This document shows positions 62,131 to 64,000 of a stretch of 64,000 nucleotides of DNA, piece by piece. This DNA comes from Alphaproteobacteria bacterium. GTDB lineage: Bacteria > Pseudomonadota > Alphaproteobacteria > SHVV01. The stretch lies in NCBI GenBank assembly GCA_965261735.1, contig OZ253470.1:800001-864000 (forward strand). Direction: 5' to 3'. The notes beneath the pieces were generated by a model. That model saw only the letters and a list, made by a program, of their open reading frames with translations, searched no databases and was not told where the DNA came from. A program made the position numbers and the translations under genes. The first letter of the stretch is position 1, and each line of letters begins with the position of its first letter.

Positions 62131-62160
62131 ATATAGGTTACGTTTACGTCAACGTCAATT
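62131..62160 (-). promoter_or_regulatory. Overlapping LiuR-type operators on a leftward sigma70 promoter
   Basis: GGTTACGTTTACGTCAAC and GTTTACGTCAACGTCAAT resemble the LiuR palindrome TTTACGTnnACGTAAA; minus strand TTGACG-17 nt-TATATG. Confidence 0.75.
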
Positions 62161-62250
62161 GGTGCCCGATCGGACTTGAAGGACGCACGCCCGCTCCTCT
62201 ACGCTCACGCCTAAACGCAACGCTCATCTAAATGCGCGGGAGATGCCGCG

Positions 62251-62577
62251 GTGGCGACGCATGCGAGCTACGCCGAGTTCTGGCCCGTCTATTTGCGCCA
62301 ACACAGCGCGCAACGCACCCGCGCCCTCCACTATGTCGGCACGACGATCGCCATCGCATGCCTTGTGCTGCTGGCGGTCAGCGGTGATCCCTGGTATTTG
62401 GCGGGCGCCCTCGTCGGCGGCTATGGCTTCGCCTGGGTCGGGCACTTCTTCGTCGAGCGCAACCGCCCCGCCACGTTCACCTATCCCGCGTGGTCACTCT
62501 ACAGCGATTTCCGCATGTACTTTCTGGCGCTGTCGGGGCGCCTTCGCGGCGAGCTCGACGAGGCGGGCGTGAGCTGA
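62251..62577 (+). CDS. DUF962 (Mpo1-like) membrane protein
   Basis: FWPVYLRQH...RALHYVG...[20 protein letters not shown]. Confidence 0.88.
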   Translation: MATHASYAEFWPVYLRQHSAQRTRALHYVGTTIAIACLVLLAVSGDPWYLAGALVGGYGFAWVGHFFVERNRPATFTYPAWSLYSDFRMYFLALSGRLRGELDEAGVS

Positions 62578-62790
62578 GGTGGGGGCACGTCGCGCCCTAG
62601 CGGCGCTCTGCGCACGCCTGGCGGCCGTGCGCAGACGGGGTAGATAAAGCGATGATTTACCTGTATAAGCACGACCAATGAGCGCCGCGTTAGCAGGCGC
62701 CGCCGGGAGGGGTATCGCGATCGGTCTAACGATCGCCAACGGGGGGTGCGGGTGAATCGATCGGAAAGGCCCACTGGCGCGTGGCCCCGC

Positions 62791-64000
62791 ATGGGGCGCG
62801 TGCGGTTGTGGGCCATAATCTACGGCCGCGGCGGCAGTGGCGCTGGGCGTGCTGGTCAGCGCGCCCGCGAGCGCTCAGCCAACAGCTACCCTGCAGGAGC
62901 TGGAGCGGCAGTACGAGGCCGCCTTCCAGGAGATATTCAAGGACCCAGGTAACCTCGACAAGACGTTCCGATATGCGGAGCTGGCCGTAGAGCTCGGCAA
63001 TTTCGAGGCCGCGATCAGCGCGCCCGAACGCATGCTGCTGATCAACCCCAACCTGCCGCGCGTCCGGCTCGAGCTTGGCGTGCTGTACTTCCGCCTCGGC
63101 TCCTACCAGCTGGCGCGCACCTATCTGTTGCGCGCGCTCGACGGCGATCCGCCGGCGGACGTTCGTACCAACGTCGAGAAGTTCCTCGCCGAGGTCGACA
63201 AGCGCCTGTCGCGTCATCAGGTGAGCGGCTCGATCTATGGCGGCTGGCGGGTGCAGACGAACGCCAACGCGGGCCCGACCTCGACCGCCGTGCGCGCCAA
63301 CGGCGTCGCCGCAACTCTAGGCGAAGAGAACACCGACCAAGGCGACAGCAACTTCTTCCTGTCTGGCACCCTGAACCACGTTTACGACCTTTTGACCCAG
63401 AGCGGCCTGGTGATCGAGACCAACGCCATCGCCTTCGGCTCCGAGCAGCGGGACCAGAAGCAGCTCGATCTCCTGTTCCTGTCGGTCGATTCCGGGCCGC
63501 GCGGCAAGTTGATGCCCAACACGCTGACCAACGCGACCTACCGACCTTATGTCGTCGGCAACATCGTTCGCCTCGAAGACGTCCCCTACCTGCGCTCGTT
63601 CGGCGCCGGAATCAATCTGACGAACCAGTTCTCCTCGAGCGTCTCGGGAGAGCTCAATGCCGAGCGCCTCGAGCAGAGCTTCAGCAACAACGGGCGGCGG
63701 GGCACGGTAACCGACCAGGACGGCCCCCAGACCGAGGTGCGCCTGCGTGGCCGCTATCTGTACAGCGAGAAGGTGCAGCTCAACCTCGGGGCGACCGTCG
63801 TCGACGAGGATGCGGACCGCAACTTCGAGGCCAGCCGCGAGTACGGCCTCTCGCTCGGCGCGACCGCGGCCTACAGCCCGCGCGAGCTGGTCGGACTGCC
63901 CCTCGGCGGGTCCGCCCCGTGGGTCACGGCACTCACGGGAGCACGCAACGTCACCGACTATGGCGCCGGCAACCCCAGCGTCGACACCAACGTCAAGCGG
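62791..64000 (+). CDS. TPR-containing outer-membrane protein (Slam/DUF560-like), partial, with probable +1 frameshift in the signal peptide
   Basis: Frame from 62822: TAAAAVALGVLVSAPASAQ...FQEIFKDPGNLDKTFRYAELA...RVRLELGVLYFRLGSY, then beta-strand-like sequence; ATG 62791 is one base out of frame. Confidence 0.7.

Overview
High-GC (~70%) chromosomal segment of an Alphaproteobacterium, probably Rhodospirillales-like judging by gene order. The left ~35 kb is an intact housekeeping backbone, mostly on the minus strand: infB-ylxR-nusA-rimP-trmB-metK-HTH-lnt-corC-ybeY-phoH-miaB-olsA-fur-mucR, then tsaB, trpS, murJ, glnD, mutS and maeB. An EamA/dehydrogenase block sits between glnD and mutS. The right ~29 kb is accessory and shows much decay. 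It holds tupABC, a YejA-like binding protein, an orphan T1SS ABC transporter with an in-frame amber stop, and a ~11 kb LiuR-type acyl-CoA/lipid degradation cluster. Mobile DNA comprises two near-identical inverted IS1595 (ISSod11-group) copies, one ISKra4-family element, one IS3-family element and a solo 13-bp IS1595 end scar. Most notable: (1) a predicted secreted protein that fuses a FlgI (flagellar P-ring) C-terminal segment to a TPR module, inside the beta-oxidation cluster; (2) liuR split from its promoter/operator by an IS and frameshifted at a (GCGA)4 repeat; (3) several reconstructable IS-cut gene stubs that are missing from the ORF track; (4) lesions confined to accessory genes, suggesting early genome degeneration. 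No CRISPR array, tRNA or rRNA was seen. All calls come from motif recognition by eye; no searches were run.
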